Source: the human T2T-CHM13v2.0 reference genome, Homo sapiens
Length of the DNA: 64,000 bases
Direction: 5' to 3' (one strand)
Assembly: GCF_009914755.1 (NCBI RefSeq)
Contig: NC_060947.1
Position 1 is the first letter of the stretch. Each line of letters begins with the position of its first letter. Below, in pieces: positions 1-16,399 of this stretch. The notes beneath the pieces were generated by a model, which was not told the origin of the DNA, did no database searches, and saw only the letters and a program-made list of their open reading frames with translations. The translations under genes were made by a program, and so were the position numbers.

Positions 1-719
1 AGGACAGCAAGCAGGCAGTGGGATGCTCAGGTGACAGAGATGACAGAGAACGCACGAATGCCTTTCTACCCGGAATCATTACCGAGCAGCAGTGTTGCTA
101 TGGAAACTGAGGAGCGCTTGCTGGGCGGGCTGGCGGAGGCTGGGATGTCAAGAGGGGGATGGGCGTGGGCACAGCCTCAGCACCTCGGATCAGCAGCAAC
201 CAGAGTGATCGCCTGTGACAGCCAGGCAGGTATTTGGGTGGAAGCCACGGGCTCCTGAAGCCTTCTCGCTCTCTCTCTCTCTCCTCCTCATCGGTCATGC
301 TGGACCCCCAAGGAAGAAATGAGCTCCCCTCTGGGGAAGGGCTAAGGGCTACCAACAAGGTGGGAAAATATGGGGCCATGAGCAAAGAGGTATAGGGCCA
401 GGCACATGGTAAGGAGCCACACTGTGGCCCTTCTGATGACAGCAGCTCTTCCAGTCCTGCTCAGAGCCTTGCCTCCCCGCCCCACCCCCAACCATCCTGA
501 GGTAGCACACTGGTAAAGCCACCCCTGTAATGCCCCAACCCTCGGATTGCCTACTCGACCACTCCAGTCTCTAAAAGGCACAAACACTCAACATGGCCAA
601 CCCCAGGCTTGCTTCCCACCAGACTCTCCCTCCTGCCCCACCTGCAAACGTTTCCACACCCTGGGAGCTCGCCCCACCAAGACAGAAGACCTAGTCCAAG
701 CCCTGGCCAAGCAATTCCA

Positions 720-1100
720 ATTGGATCAAAGACCTACAGGGACAAAGCAAAACAAGAGAACAATATCTTTATGGTGTGGGATAGAGACGAAATTCTCAAT
801 ATTTCAAATGGGGAAGCAATAATGGAAGAGATGTAAAACTTCTAGACGACAAAAGACACCCTAAACACAGTAAAAAGGCGGGCTCAGAGGAGAGCCTTAC
901 AATGCATGGACCTCATAATGGGTTTTCCAGAATATGCAAAGAATTCCTACAAAACAACAAGAAAACACAGACACAAACAACTCAAGAAGAACATGGGCAA
1001 AGGATATCAACAGGTGCTCAGGGCAAAGGGGACCCACTAGCAAGCACTTGGAGCCATGAGATGAGAGGAGATGCCCTTCAGAACCACCACCAGGAGGACC
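720..1100 (+). mobile_element. Old, highly diverged L1 (L1M-type) ORF2 3' fragment
   Basis: A-rich segments resembling L1 3' ORF2 (ccagaatatgcaaagaattcctacaaaacaacaagaaaa; tgggcaaaggatatcaacagg); boundaries approximate. Confidence 0.5.
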
Positions 1101-1705
1101 AGGAGGATGTGGGCATGAAGGCCACAGTGGCCAAACACCAGGGACAGCCCAAAGGTCTGCCAGCAGTCGAACAAACAATTCCTGGTATTCCGCATGTGCA
1201 GTTAATGGAGGCGCACATAATGGAGGCTCATTCGTAGTATGTACTTGGTGGAAAACACGGCAGAGAGGCGAGCAGATGAAGTGCGTAGGGGATGGGTGGG
1301 CACAGGCGGCTTCAATCTGCTTTTAATACCTTCTTCAAGGAAAAACGCTCAGGCCAACAGGACCCACATCAAGGCTGGGTGGCAGTGCTGGTGCTAAGTG
1401 ATGCGAGATGATGCCCCATACTTCTCCAGATGCTACAGCAAGTCCAGGAGGCCTCAAGATACCCAGGCTGGAGCTCAGCCTTTTATGTGTGATTGTCTAA
1501 TTACCTCCCTTTCATTAGACAACAAACCCCAAGAGGGCTTCACCCTGAGTTCTACTTCCATCCCAACTCCTAACAGTTTGCTGAAGATAAAACTTTAATA
1601 TGTTTCTTGGCTGAATTAAAATTTTATATATTTCTGTAATTTGTTGAATATATATTAAGGACCTGTAATTTATCTGATCTACCTTTTAAAAAATAATAAT
1701 AATAA

Positions 1706-1810
1706 GAGATGGGGTTTCACCATGTTGCCCAGGCTAGTCTCGAACTCCTGGGCTCAAGCCATCTGCTTAGTCCCCCCAAAAGTGTTGAGATTACAGGCAT
1801 GACCCAGCCC
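1706..1810 (-). mobile_element. Alu left-monomer fragment (FLAM/AluJ-like)
   Basis: gagatggggtttcaccatgttgcccaggct...gattacaggcat. Confidence 0.85.
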
Positions 1811-1838
1811 CTGAGTCTGATGTACCCGGACTCTACTA

Positions 1839-2258
<420 letters not shown>

Positions 2259-4329
2259 TCATTATCGGAAAACTCTCACTATTGAATGTTTCCTTCATTG
2301 AGAGCAACCTCCCTCCTTTGGAACAATCCAGAAGAAACCCACTTTATCTTGCAACACTTCACGTACCTGAAGCCCACTCAAATGCCCCTTGTCCCCCCTC
2401 GCCCAGGTTCCCAGCGACTCTCATCTTCTCCAGTGCTCCCGTGCCATCCTGACCACGTGCTGGGCATCATGCTTCACCTTAGCGAGGTCACCCCGTGGCA
2501 GTCAACCCTGTTGACTGGGTAGTGAGCTGTGAGCCAAGCAAACCCTCAAAGCCTGTTCACAAAGACCCCTCCTCCATCACGTGCTAGCACAATAGATTTT
2601 GTACAAATTTTCGCATTTCCTTTCAAATAATCGAAGTGCTCAGAGCGCCACACTGAGGAGGCGGAGGAGCACAAAGATGAAAATACAAGTCCCTGGCACT
2701 CCGCTGCCCCGGGGAGTGCAGCAGCCTGTGAGCACACCACGGCTCAGCCAGGGGCTTGACGTGCCCCATGGCGACTCTTCAGCACACAGATCTACTTCCT
2801 TCCTGATTTGCTGCCAAGATGGGCCCAAGAGGGCTGACTCTAGGACTGCAGCTCCAATCTCAACCACAGTTGACATGAACGTCCTTAATTTCCACCATGG
2901 TCCCTGCTCTGAACAGGGGACTCAAGCCTTAGCAGGGCCCCTCTGCCTGAATGTGGCCCAAGTGGCCCTCACATCCTGCTTGGGACAGCCCAGTTCCCCT
3001 TTGCACACTGAGAGCACTCACTGCCCCAGGTCCCCTGCAAGCCCAGTTCCTCCTCCCAGCCGACCCCATCACCCTTTCTAGACACACTTAGTCTGAATCT
3101 TACCCCAGAGTGTAAAGTGGTCAAATTTCTGGAGAAGAATTTGTCAATAACTATAAAAACCCTTGAAAACGTTCATGGTAGCCTTTGATCCAGTCAATGT
3201 GCTCTAAGTAATTTAGTCTAAAACAGTAATAATAATAATGGATATTACATGAATTTAATTACAAGGACGTTTACAATTTAATTACAAGGCTGTGGGCTCC
3301 AGGTCGGGGAGGGGACCTGGCGGCCTGGAAGGGGACCTGGGGAAGGAGGAATGAAGCACAGGCCCCACCCCTCCAGAGGAGGTGGCCCCAGGCCTTCCCC
3401 AGGGAACCCTGGGAAGCTGGTTCTTTCTGGAAGGCTGCAGAAGGGCCTGGCCATGGGTCCTGGAGGCCACTTAGGCTAGGCGGGCCTCAGGCCAGGAGGA
3501 CTGAGCCATGCGCCCTCCCCACAGCGCAGCCCCTCTGCACACACCCCGCAGCTGGTCCCTCTAAGACTTGCGGAAAGGGCTCTGAGTGGCCGAGCTGTGG
3601 CCCCTGATCTCCCAACCCAGCATCTGAGCAGAAGAGGACAGGAGCTGGGGCACTGATCGCCCCAGGCCCGGTCGGCAGGGTGGGGGCCAGGGCCGGCAGG
3701 ATCCCGGGTTGCGCTGCCTTCCGAGGGAGCCGGTGCCCACCCAGCGGCCTGCAGCCCAAGGCAGGGTGCCCTGAGAAAGCCACCGCCACCCCCAGCCCCT
3801 CGGTGTGAGCAAGACCCCCAGCTGGTGGGTCCCCACCCACCAGTGGGGCTCCCAGGCCTGTCGGGGGCTCGGTGGTGGGCCTGGATGCTAGGGGGGCAAC
3901 GTGCGGCAGGGACCAAGCTCTCCCGCCCACAGATGAGTGGGAGGGGGTCGTGGTGGGCATGGGAAGACCTTTCCAACAATCAGGTGTGTTGGGGGGTGAG
4001 CAAGGCAGGGGAGGGGCCCTGGCAGGTGGGGTGCCAGGGACCCCAGGGCTGGGGCTAGGCCTGTGGGTGGGGCGTGTGCTGGGGATTCTGTGGGCCGAGG
4101 ACATGTGACTCCCGGGCAGGCTGGAGATGCTGGGGGGTGGGCCCGGGAAGCACGGGAGATGAGGGAAGAGGGGGGAATCCTGCCCCACCTGCCCTGGACA
4201 GGGTGCCCCATAGGAAAGGAGTGCCAAGGAGCTGAAGGGAGAGACGGTGGATCCAGAACACACCCCCCATCCCGTTCCGCTCCCCAAGGGGCTTGGTTGG
4301 AAGGTGGGAGGGGACAGAGACAAAGCTGC

Positions 4330-4610
4330 CTGGGTGGGTAGAGTGGTCAGGACAGCCTCTCTGGGTCGGTGACACTTGAGCTGAGACCTAAATGATGACA
4401 AGAAACCAGCCATGCTTCCTTCCTTGTAGCGAAGGGAGCTCCCAGGAGAACAGACTGTAAGGGCCAGACCAGCAGGCAACGGCAGTGGTCCAGACCACAG
4501 ATGATGGTGGCATGACCCCAGGGGTGGCAGTAGAGGTGGTGGGATGTGGTCAGAGTCAGCTTGGGTTTTAGAGGTAGGCTGCCAGGACCTGCTGTTGGGC
4601 TGGGGGCAAG
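4330..4610 (-). mobile_element. L2 fragment
   Basis: gtggtcaggacagcctctctgggtcggtgacacttgagctgagacctaaa resembles the antisense L2 3' consensus. Confidence 0.6.
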
Positions 4611-4699
4611 GGACAGTGAGGGCTTGAAGAAGACATCGAATAAGCGCAGGAAAAGACGCGTCAGCACCGGCCAGTACGCACAGAGGAAACACACACCCA

Positions 4700-5360
4700 A
4701 ACCACAGTGAGATACCGCCGCACACCACGAGGAGGCTGGAATCAGTGAAAGGAAGCACGAGTATTGGAGAGGACGCGGGGACCCTGGAGCCTCACGCCTT
4801 GCTGCTGGGCATGTAAAATAGTGCAGCCAGGGAAGCAGTCTGGTGGCTCCTCACAAGGTTAGGTGTAGCTTATGTACATGACCCAGCAATCCCCAAAGAA
4901 CTGAGAACAGGCGTGCAAAGAAAACTTACACTCAAATGCTCACAGCAGAGTATCCATAGTTGAGAACAGGCATGCAAAGAAAACTTATACTCAAATGCTC
5001 ACAGCAGAGTATCCATAGTAACCAAGACTCGGAGGCAACCCGTGTCCACCAGTGGATGAATGGATGAGCGAGCACAACATGGTACACCCATCCCGACATA
5101 AAAAGAATGAACGACCGGCACACACGACTGCATGAGCACAGTCTAGCCAAGGCAAAGAGGCAGACAGAAAGCAGACGAATGGTTGCCAGGACCTGGAGGA
5201 AGGGGGGCCTGGGGAGTCACTGCTGAGGGATATGAGGTCCCTTTTGGGGCGATGAACCTGTTCTGGAACTAGACAGTGGCCACGGCTGCACAACATTGAG
5301 AATAGACTAAAAGTCACTAGTGGTAAATGTTATGTTATGCGTATCTTACCACAAGAAAAC
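4700..5360 (+). mobile_element. L1M 3' end/3'UTR fragment containing a 59-bp tandem duplication
   Basis: Motifs tgctgggcatgtaaaatagtgcagcc, gtggatgaatggat, gttctggaactagacagtgg...ctgcacaacattg. Confidence 0.7.
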
Positions 5361-5605
5361 ATAAAATTGCCACACAGGACCACAAGGACCAGGGGTATCC
5401 TCACAGCAGTGAGGAAGACCGAGGAAGGAAGGACTCAGGGATTAGGCCCAGGGCAGGAAATGGAAGGTTTTTATCTCTAGCTTGAACTTCCCGAGGCATG
5501 TGGACATCTCCAGTGCCCCACTCCAAATGTCTGGCCCAAGCCCAAGTCAGCTAACTGGGTGGCATGTGACCATTGCTGTTCAATTAAACTAGGAATTTTT
5601 CTTTA

Positions 5606-6140
<535 letters not shown>

Positions 6141-6154
6141 AAAGCAAAAGCATG

Positions 6155-6290
6155 AGATGGAGGAGCTCACCTAGGGAGTGAATGTAGTCAAGAACAGGAG
6201 AGGCCCAAGGAGAGTCCTGGGGCACCCTGACACTGAGCCGGTTGGGGAGAGAGACTAGAAAGTCCCGGGAGGGAAGCCGAGGAGCTGCTC
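6155..6290 (-). mobile_element. L2 fragment
   Basis: gagctcacctagggagtgaatgtag...gagtcctggggcaccctgacact resembles L2. Confidence 0.5.
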
Positions 6291-6574
6291 AATGCACTGG
6301 GTCGGAGCCCGGGAGGGGAGGGCGAAGGTGGGGCCTCTGGATTTGCTAAAAGGTGGGAGGGGGCCGGGTGGGGAAGCTCGACCTGCATCGACACAGCCTT
6401 CCGGAGCTTTTTGCAGAGAAGGAGCAGGTTGGGTTTTCAGGAACATCAGAGGGGCGGCTGAATACCGATGGAAGAGCAATTCGCAAGGCCAGGGAAAGTG
6501 CTGGCACCGCTTTCCCCGCATGAGGGGGACATGCGGGCAAGGGAGGGGGGACACAGGGACAGGGGAGGGGGCAA

Positions 6575-7110
6575 CACCGGGCAGGCGAGGCAGGCATGAC
6601 GCGAAGTCGGCCCCACGGGCAGTCGCTGTGGGGCGGCGATCTCCCGCTGGGCAAGGGACTGGCGGGCCTTAGGGGACGCGGGAAGCGGGGCGCCCTAGGC
6701 GGAGAGGGCGGAGCCCCAGGCGCGCTCGCCCCGCCCCCTGAGCCCGGAGCCGCAGACAAAGAGCGCGCCGCCACGGCGGCGGGGTGGCTGCGGCTGCGGG
6801 AGCAGGGCGGACCACACTCGTCCCGGCGCCGCCACGCTGGTGGCTGTATTGGCAGGACTCCTGCCCGCCCGCCCCGCCAACCCCGTCGGAGGCTGAGCTC
6901 TGTTTCCAGGCTCTGCCCCAGGCACCCTCCTGCACCCAGCGGTGGCAGGCGCACAGCCGGGTGGGGCGCGACGCCCTCTTGCTGATCAGGAATCTCTGGA
7001 AAGCCGAGAAGAGAGGCCGGAGAGGCTAAGAAAACAGTTGTGGCCTGGGAGACTCGCAATCCCAAGTGCTTGTCACACGGCGCCTGCGACCCCTTTCACT
7101 CTCACTGGCA
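6575..7110. promoter_or_regulatory. Intronic CpG island (candidate alternative promoter/enhancer in PDZD4 intron 1)
   Basis: Dense CpG/GC stretch with GC boxes (ccccgcccc) in otherwise CpG-depleted intron. Confidence 0.7.
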
Positions 7111-7727
7111 ACGCGCGGGATGGGAGGTGAAGCCACATCACTTCCAGGGGCCCCCGTGGCTGCCACGGAGGTGGGGGGGCTGCCACCTTCGGACTCCCCT
7201 TACCCCACTGCTGTAGAGTAGGAAACAAGCTGGGGAAGGACAGAGACAGGAAGTTATCCTCTGCCCGGGGCCGAGCTCTGACCTGCCTGCTGGCTCTCAG
7301 CTCTGCCGTCTGGAGTATCCAGGACACCTTGGAAGCAGTTGTGACTGTAGCTTCCAGGCCAAGTCAGGCATCGGGGGATCTCCCAACGAGTAGAGCATCA
7401 GAGGAGAAAGGAGAAGCCGCAGGCTCACTACATTCACCCACTCAGTGACCCAGCAAAGTCCCCATTCATGTTTCCCCAGCTCGGGATTTTGAAAATTGTC
7501 CGCCCACAAGCATGTGGGAACATCTGCAGATTCCCCACACCTGCTCTCGGGGTTTCTACACACACATGTGCAGAAGCATTTGAAAGCAAGATGCCATCAG
7601 TCCCATTCTCCGTGGAACCACAACACCCTTAGCACGGAATTCCGCACTCATACAATGGGCCAGCCTCACATCTCCCCAGCTGTCCCGCTAACACCCTTAT
7701 AGCTTTTTTTAAAAATCTAGGATTTGA

Positions 7728-8208
<481 letters not shown>

Positions 8209-8216
8209 CTAGGATT

Positions 8217-8700
8217 CAATCAAGAAGCACACATATTACATTCGGTTGTTAGGTCTCTAGTTATTATGTCTCCTCTCTAATCTAGAAAAAAATATATATA
8301 TTTTTTACTTTAATGGGAATGACTTCTTGGAAGAGACCAGTCCTTATAGAATGCGCCAGAGTCTGAATTTGCCTGATTCATTCCCGCGGTGAGATTCAGG
8401 CTGAGCGTTTTGACAAGAGCACCTTGCAGGAGATGCTGTATGTCTCCTCCCCAGCCCTGCATCTGGCGGCTGGCAGGGTCAGGCTGCCCCACTGTTGGGG
8501 AGGCTGTTTGATCACATGGTCCAGGTGGCAGCTGCCAGATCTCTCCTCTGTAAAGACGCAGTTTCCCTTCCTGATTCACCGGTAATTTGGGGTAATATTT
8601 GGAGACTTTGTGAATATTCTGTCCCCAACGACCTTACATCTAATGGTTTTGGCATCCAGTGATGATTTTTGCCTGAATTAATTACTGCATTGGTGGCTGC
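8217..8700 (-). mobile_element. L1MC4/L1MC5-like 3' fragment
   Basis: tttgatcacatggtccaggtggcagctgccagatctctcctctgtaaag...tttggagactttgtgaatattctgt...catccagtgatgattt matches the recalled L1MC4/5 pattern. Confidence 0.6.
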
Positions 8701-9231
8701 AAAATGTCTCCACCAACATGTTAGAATTCTAGCAGGGACAAAGAGGTGACAGGCCCGGCAAGTAGCATGGCTGCCCACGCCCCCAACTGTGGCCTCCTGG
8801 GCAAGCCACACCACCCGCTTCCATAACTCTGTGCCCACCCTTTCTGCCTGGGGGCAGGAGAGACAGAAACATGGGAGGGCTTCATCTCAAAGGCCTTTGA
8901 GCAGTTAGTCGGGGGAGGGGTGTCTGGGCGTCCATGAGAGACATGTATACCGGTAGGGGTGCCGGTGACAGGGAAGGGGGTCAGTTAGCTGCACATGGCA
9001 GGGAAGAACAAGTTATGTCCTGTAAAGCCCTCACGTAGGCAACGACTCCTGGATGTTCTGATTTACCCTCTATGTGTGTTTTTTTACCCTCTATTTGTAA
9101 ACAATTTTTACCCTCTATTTGTAAAAAAAAAAAACAAAACAAACAAACAAAAAAAACAACACCTCACTTCACCACCCATGTTAATGTGGTTTGGGGCTAC
9201 CATAGATCTACTCCCGGTCCCTACCCAAGGC

Positions 9232-9345
9232 CCTGGCTACTCACAGCCAGTGGGATCCACATCACCTGGGAGCTTGTGAGAAGTGCAGAATCCCAGGCCC
9301 CATGCTAGTGGCTCAGTCAGAAAGTGCACCTTAACAAGGACTTCG
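9232..9345. mobile_element. MER5A-like hAT DNA transposon fragment
   Basis: catcacctgggagcttgtgagaagtgcagaatcccaggcccca...ttaacaag. Confidence 0.65.
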
Positions 9346-9570
9346 GGTGGAGGGTGGCGCTGTACTGACTCAGAGCGCGCCCTGGAGGAACCAGGGCAGA
9401 CCTCAACGAAGGCCTTCTGCATGAGGGCATCTTTCTTTCCCCTCACTTCTCCTTCCCTCCCCGAAGCCCAGGGTCTGCTGAAGTCTCATCAATCCACCTG
9501 GCCCCCACCTTTCCGGGAGAGCGGCGGCCTCTCAGACACCTCCATAGTCCTGGCTCAGAAGCAGAAAGGA

Positions 9571-9868
9571 GGCCGGGCGCGGTGGCTCACGCCTGTAATC
9601 CCAGCATTTTGGGAGGCCGAGGCAGGCGGATCACTAGAGGTCAGGAGTTTGAGACCAGACTGGCCAACATGATGAAACCCTGTCTTTACTAAAAATACAA
9701 AAATTAGCCAGGCGTGGTGGCAGGTGCCTGTAATCCCAGCTACTCGGGAGGCTGAGGCAGAATTGCTTGAACCCAGGAGGCGGAGGCTGCAATGAGCCGA
9801 GATCACAACACTGCACTCTAGCCTGGGTGACAGAGCAAGACTCTGTCTCAAAAAAAAAAAAAAAAAAA
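9571..9868 (+). mobile_element. AluS element
   Basis: Full dimer with poly(A). Confidence 0.95.
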
Positions 9869-10283
9869 CACACAGGAAAAGAGGGGTGTCCCACACCTTG
9901 CACAGGAAAAGCCAACCACTTCCTGAAGCCATTCTCAAGATCAACCTTCGGGTACATATTCACAGCTTTCCAGGCACGTGGCCCAGCAACTAAACCCATC
10001 CTCCCACCCACCTCAGGCTAACCTGACTGGCTAAGGGCACAGTTCACATCTAGCAACAATCAAAGCAATATTCCCTCTGCAGCGTTTTACAATCAAAGCA
10101 ATATTCCCTCTGCAGCGTTTTTCATTCTCAATGCTCCAAGCAGCCATGAGGACAGGCAGAATGCACTGAAAGGGAGGACATCTTGTCCAGCCCCAGGCTG
10201 CTCAGCCTCGCCTCCTCCGGCCCAACTCCTGTGCAAAATGACCACATATGCCTCCGCTTTGTTCCCTGTCCATCTGTTTTTTC

Positions 10284-10555
10284 TTTCTCTCTCTCTCTCT
10301 CTCTCCCTCCCTCCCTCTCTCTCTCTCTCTCTTTCTCTCTGTCTTTCTTTCTTTTTTTTCCAGACACAGTCTGGCTCCATTGCCCAGGCTAGAGTGCAGT
10401 GGTACAATCACGGCTCACAGAAGCCTCCAACTCCTGGGTTCAAGCAATCCTCCCACTCAGCCTCCCCAGAAGCTGGGACTAGAGGCGCATGCCACTACGC
10501 CTGAGCAATTTTTTATTTTTGTAGAGACAAGGTCTCAATATGTTGCCCAGGCTGT
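10284..10555 (-). mobile_element. Truncated AluJ with (CT)n tail-derived microsatellite
   Basis: (TC)n at ~10284-10340 followed by antisense Alu right arm and part of left arm. Confidence 0.8.
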
Positions 10556-10712
10556 CCTAACTAATATTGTACTACATCACACTTCTTCAAAACTTGGAGG
10601 TCCCTTTCCTGAGAGAAATTCTCAGAATAATATTGGACATTCTTCTGTCACTGGGCATTAACTGTGACATACCCAGATGTAAGGCCTTCTCCATATAATT
10701 TCCTTTTTCATT

Positions 10713-11316
<604 letters not shown>

Positions 11317-11439
11317 ATTTCCACTTCTTAATGACCAACTGAATGGCCCGAGGGCAGCAACTCCCTCCTCCACCCAGTGAGATCCCGGGGGACACACCAT
11401 CTGTTTTCCTTGTCACAATGGCCCTCGGACGCAAGCACT

Positions 11440-11532
11440 CTTCACTGCCATTTCACAGTTGAGGAAACTGAGTCACTGAGCCAGTGGGCCATGCAGCGAC
11501 TTGCCCCTGGCCACACAGCTGTCAGTTGGTGG
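11440..11532 (-). mobile_element. MIR core fragment
   Basis: ccatttcacagttgaggaaactgagtc...gacttgcccctggccacacagct. Confidence 0.7.
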
Positions 11533-12307
11533 CTGCCTCCATTCCTATCTCCACACTGCACTGCCTTCTCTGGCAGGGCCCCTGAAGTAGAAGGAAGGAA
11601 AGGACACCTTTCTCCCCAGGATGCGTGCATGTGGCCATGGAGTTCCTGTTCTAAAGCTTTGGTGAGGTCTGTTGCTGGGTGGTAACCTGCACATCTTCAG
11701 TGTGCAAAGGGCAGGTGTTCATATGTCATACATGAACCTGGGGAACCATCACCACCGTCAGGACAGTGGCCATTTCTATCTTCCCCAAAAGTGTCCTCAT
11801 GCCCCTCTGCCCATCCCTGCAACCACGAATCTGCTCTCTGGCACTATCGAATTTCATTTCAGCAGACTGGACAGTCCTCAGGAACCCCGAGATGAGAGGG
11901 GAAAGGGCATTCTACAATCTTGGGACAATGACACAAAACAGGATGACCTGGTCCAGAAGATGGCAGTCAGAATTCAGTGTCCAGCCCTCTGTTCTTCCAC
12001 TCCACAAGGACTTTCTCAGAGCCTGCTTCTTCCCCAGTCAGCTTCTGCGGCAGAACCACTGAGTTGACTGAGAGTCCAGCTTTCCCCTGGAAGGGTGGAG
12101 GCCAGCGTGGATGTGCTGGCAGCATCTGGTGCTGGTGAGGCGGGGAGGCAGAGTGCCCATGCCAGACCCAAATCCCTGCTCACAGGAAGCCCCCATGCAA
12201 GCAGGAGGGAGCCAGAGAAGCCACCTGGCTTGGTGGGTGGGAGAGCAGTTTGGAGGAAGACGTCGCTGGAGAGGGGACACTGGCTGCCAGCCACGCTCCC
12301 GCACTCA

Positions 12308-12814
<507 letters not shown>

Positions 12815-13543
12815 TCACCAGAAGGGCTGGCCAGCTGTCCTTTGGCCTCCCTCGATGTGGACAGAGGGGAGACGACAGGCGGTCCTGACCCACTCCCCCT
12901 GTAAAGCCTGAGTAGGATGGGCGGGAGACCAGTCCTAAGTACCAGGGGTTTATCCCCTGACCATCTCCGGCGTGCTCGGATGCTAGCAAGCACATCATGG
13001 TGTCAGAGAGGGGGTGCCAAGGCCGAGACAAGTTCAGCAGAGTGTGGACCACGATGAGATATATGACAAGGGGGCCTGGTGGCAGTGGAGGGACATGGGC
13101 TGCAGAAAAGGCTCCGGAGCTGGGGACATGCTGTTTCCTGCCTTCCATTCTGGGCAACCAGCCTGCTTCCTTTTCCTAACTCAACACGCAGTAATCCTCC
13201 ATTTTCAGGGGAGGTCCCAGATTTTCCAAACTAGGAGGACATGATTGGAATATAGGAATGGGGCTGAGGTTCCGACATGACACACGAAAGTGCCTGTGAC
13301 AACCCACATCCGTGGAATAAAGGAACCATGTGGTCATCTCACTAGCCACAGAAGCAGCACTGCACAATCCAATGCCTCTCATGATAAAAACACACTAGGA
13401 ATAGAATGGGAACTTCCTTACCCTGATAAAGGACAGCTATGAAAAAGCCACAGCTAACTTTATACCCCCTAGTGAAAGACTGGAAGCTTCTTTACCTTTA
13501 AGATGAGGAACAAGGGAAAGACATTCACAGGCACTTCTATTCA

Positions 13544-13960
<417 letters not shown>

Positions 13961-14060
13961 CTATTTGCCAATGACATGATCCTAATATGTAGATAATCCT
14001 GAGGAATCTACTAAACAAATTATACTTAATAAACAATTTTAGTAAGGTCGCAAGATATAG

Positions 14061-14397
<337 letters not shown>

Positions 14398-16399
14398 TAG
14401 CAATGAGAAGGCTGAAAGTAAAATTAAGAAAACGATTCCATTTATGATAGCATCATAAAGAAAATACTCATGAATAAACTTAAACAAAAGTGCAAAACAT
14501 CATGTAAAGAAATTAAAGACCTAAATAAATGGAAAACGCACCCCATGCTCATGAACAATACTACCCAAATTGATCCACAAATTTGATGCAATCTCTATCA
14601 AAATGCCAACTGGCTTCTTTCCAGAAATTAACAACCTGATCCTGAAATTAATATGGAAACTTGAGGGACTTAGAATAGACAAAACAGTCTTGAAAAAGAC
14701 GTACAAAGTTGGAGGACTCTCATTTCCTTACTTCAAAACTTACTACAAAGCTGCAGTAATGAAAGCAGTGTGGCGCTGGCTTAAGAACAGACATTTTTCT
14801 AAAGAAGATCCACAAATGGCCAACAAGCACAAGAAAAGGTGCTCATCATTTAGCTAACAGGAAGTGCAAATCAAAATCACAATGAGATACCACTTCACAC
14901 CCAGCAGGACGGCCATAACAAAAACCCAGAAAATAACAACTGTTGGCAAAGATATAGAGAAATTGGAACCCTTATATGTTGCTGGTGGGAATGTAAACTG
15001 GTTCCAGCCACTGTGGAAAACAGTTCAATGGCTACAGGCACACACTCCAAAGAATTAAAAGCAAGGACTCAAACAGATACAAGTAGACCAGTGTTCACAG
15101 CAGCGCTATTCACAACAGCCCAAGGGTGGAAGCACCCCAAATGCTCATCAACTGACGAATGGATAAATATGTTGTATATCACAAAATGAAATATTATTTG
15201 GCAATAAAAAGAAATTGACTATTGATACATGGATGAACCTTGAAAACATTATGATTAATGAAAGCCAGACACAAAAGGTCAGTTTCTATGAAATGTTTAG
15301 AATAAACAAATCCATAGAGACAGGAAGTAGATTGGTGGGTGCCAGGGGCTAGGAAGTTTGAGGGAGAAATGGGGATGTGATTGCTAAGGAGTGCAGGGTT
15401 TCTTTTGGGGTGATGAAAATGTTCTGGAATTACTGGTGTGGGCTGCACAACCTTGTGAGTATACTAAAAACCACTGACTTGTACACTTTGAAAGGGTAAG
15501 TTGTGCAGTAGGAGAATGATAGCTCAATACAGCTGTAATTTTGGAAGTGTTGTGAGTCATTGGCAGAAAATGGCTTGGAACACAAGGCTAGGCTAGAGAC
15601 TTGGGGGTTCCTGGCCTGGGGATCCCAGGCCTCTGTGGATTGTAGATGGAAGGCGCTGCAGATGCACATGTGCTTCTTTCTGAAAATCAGGCCCATGAAG
15701 TGCCTCACCCTGACAAGGTGCGGACGAGGTTACTCAGGGGGGACAGGGAGAAGTGCCCCCTAAAGATGGGGGAGCACCCGTGTTTAAGGAGGCCGGGAGG
15801 CAGGCACGGGGTCCCAGAAGCTGACCTGTCTTTTGGAACAAAAGCTCCTTCTCCTCTGAAGAGGCTGGGACCTGGTGATGCGTCCACCCCCAGAAGCGCA
15901 GTCCCCTGGGACAGCTCATGGCTTGCACTGCTTTCCGTATCTACTTTTTTCAGTCCTCTTGTTTTCCCTTAGTTGTGAAGGATGGTTCTCCTCCTAAAAT
16001 CCCGGCTTTGATTGGGCCAAGGAGGAATGTAGAAAGTGAAAGTTTGCAGCCAAACTCCCACGGTTTCAAAGGGAGCCCAGCAGGAAAGCGCACAGAGGGC
16101 GCATGCGGCAGTGGCCCTCCTCCTGGCGGGTCTCCTTGGGGTGGGCAAGTCCCTTCCATGAAGGAGAGCTTAGGGCGCAGAGCAGGGAGGGCCCACCCAA
16201 GTTCACCTCCCTGAAGGCAGGCCCAGCCCGACCTGCCGAGGCCTTCCCGGAGGGCTGTGGGGAGCCCCAAGGGCTACCGGTGTCGTCCCATGGCTCATTT
16301 CAGGCCTGGGGTGCAGCTCGGGTCGCTCTCCCCTATCCACACGTCCCCACGAGGTTGGCCTTAAATGAAGTGCGACACCAATCCTTCTCCAGGAAAGTC

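Noticed and set aside
3487-4758. 423-aa ORF in PDZD4 intron 1
   Set aside because: Low-complexity Pro/Ser/Gly product, overlaps an L2 remnant, non-ATG start, no family resemblance
9062-9125. Three short tttaccctctat(t/g)tgt copies
   Set aside because: Ordinary slippage-type micro-duplication
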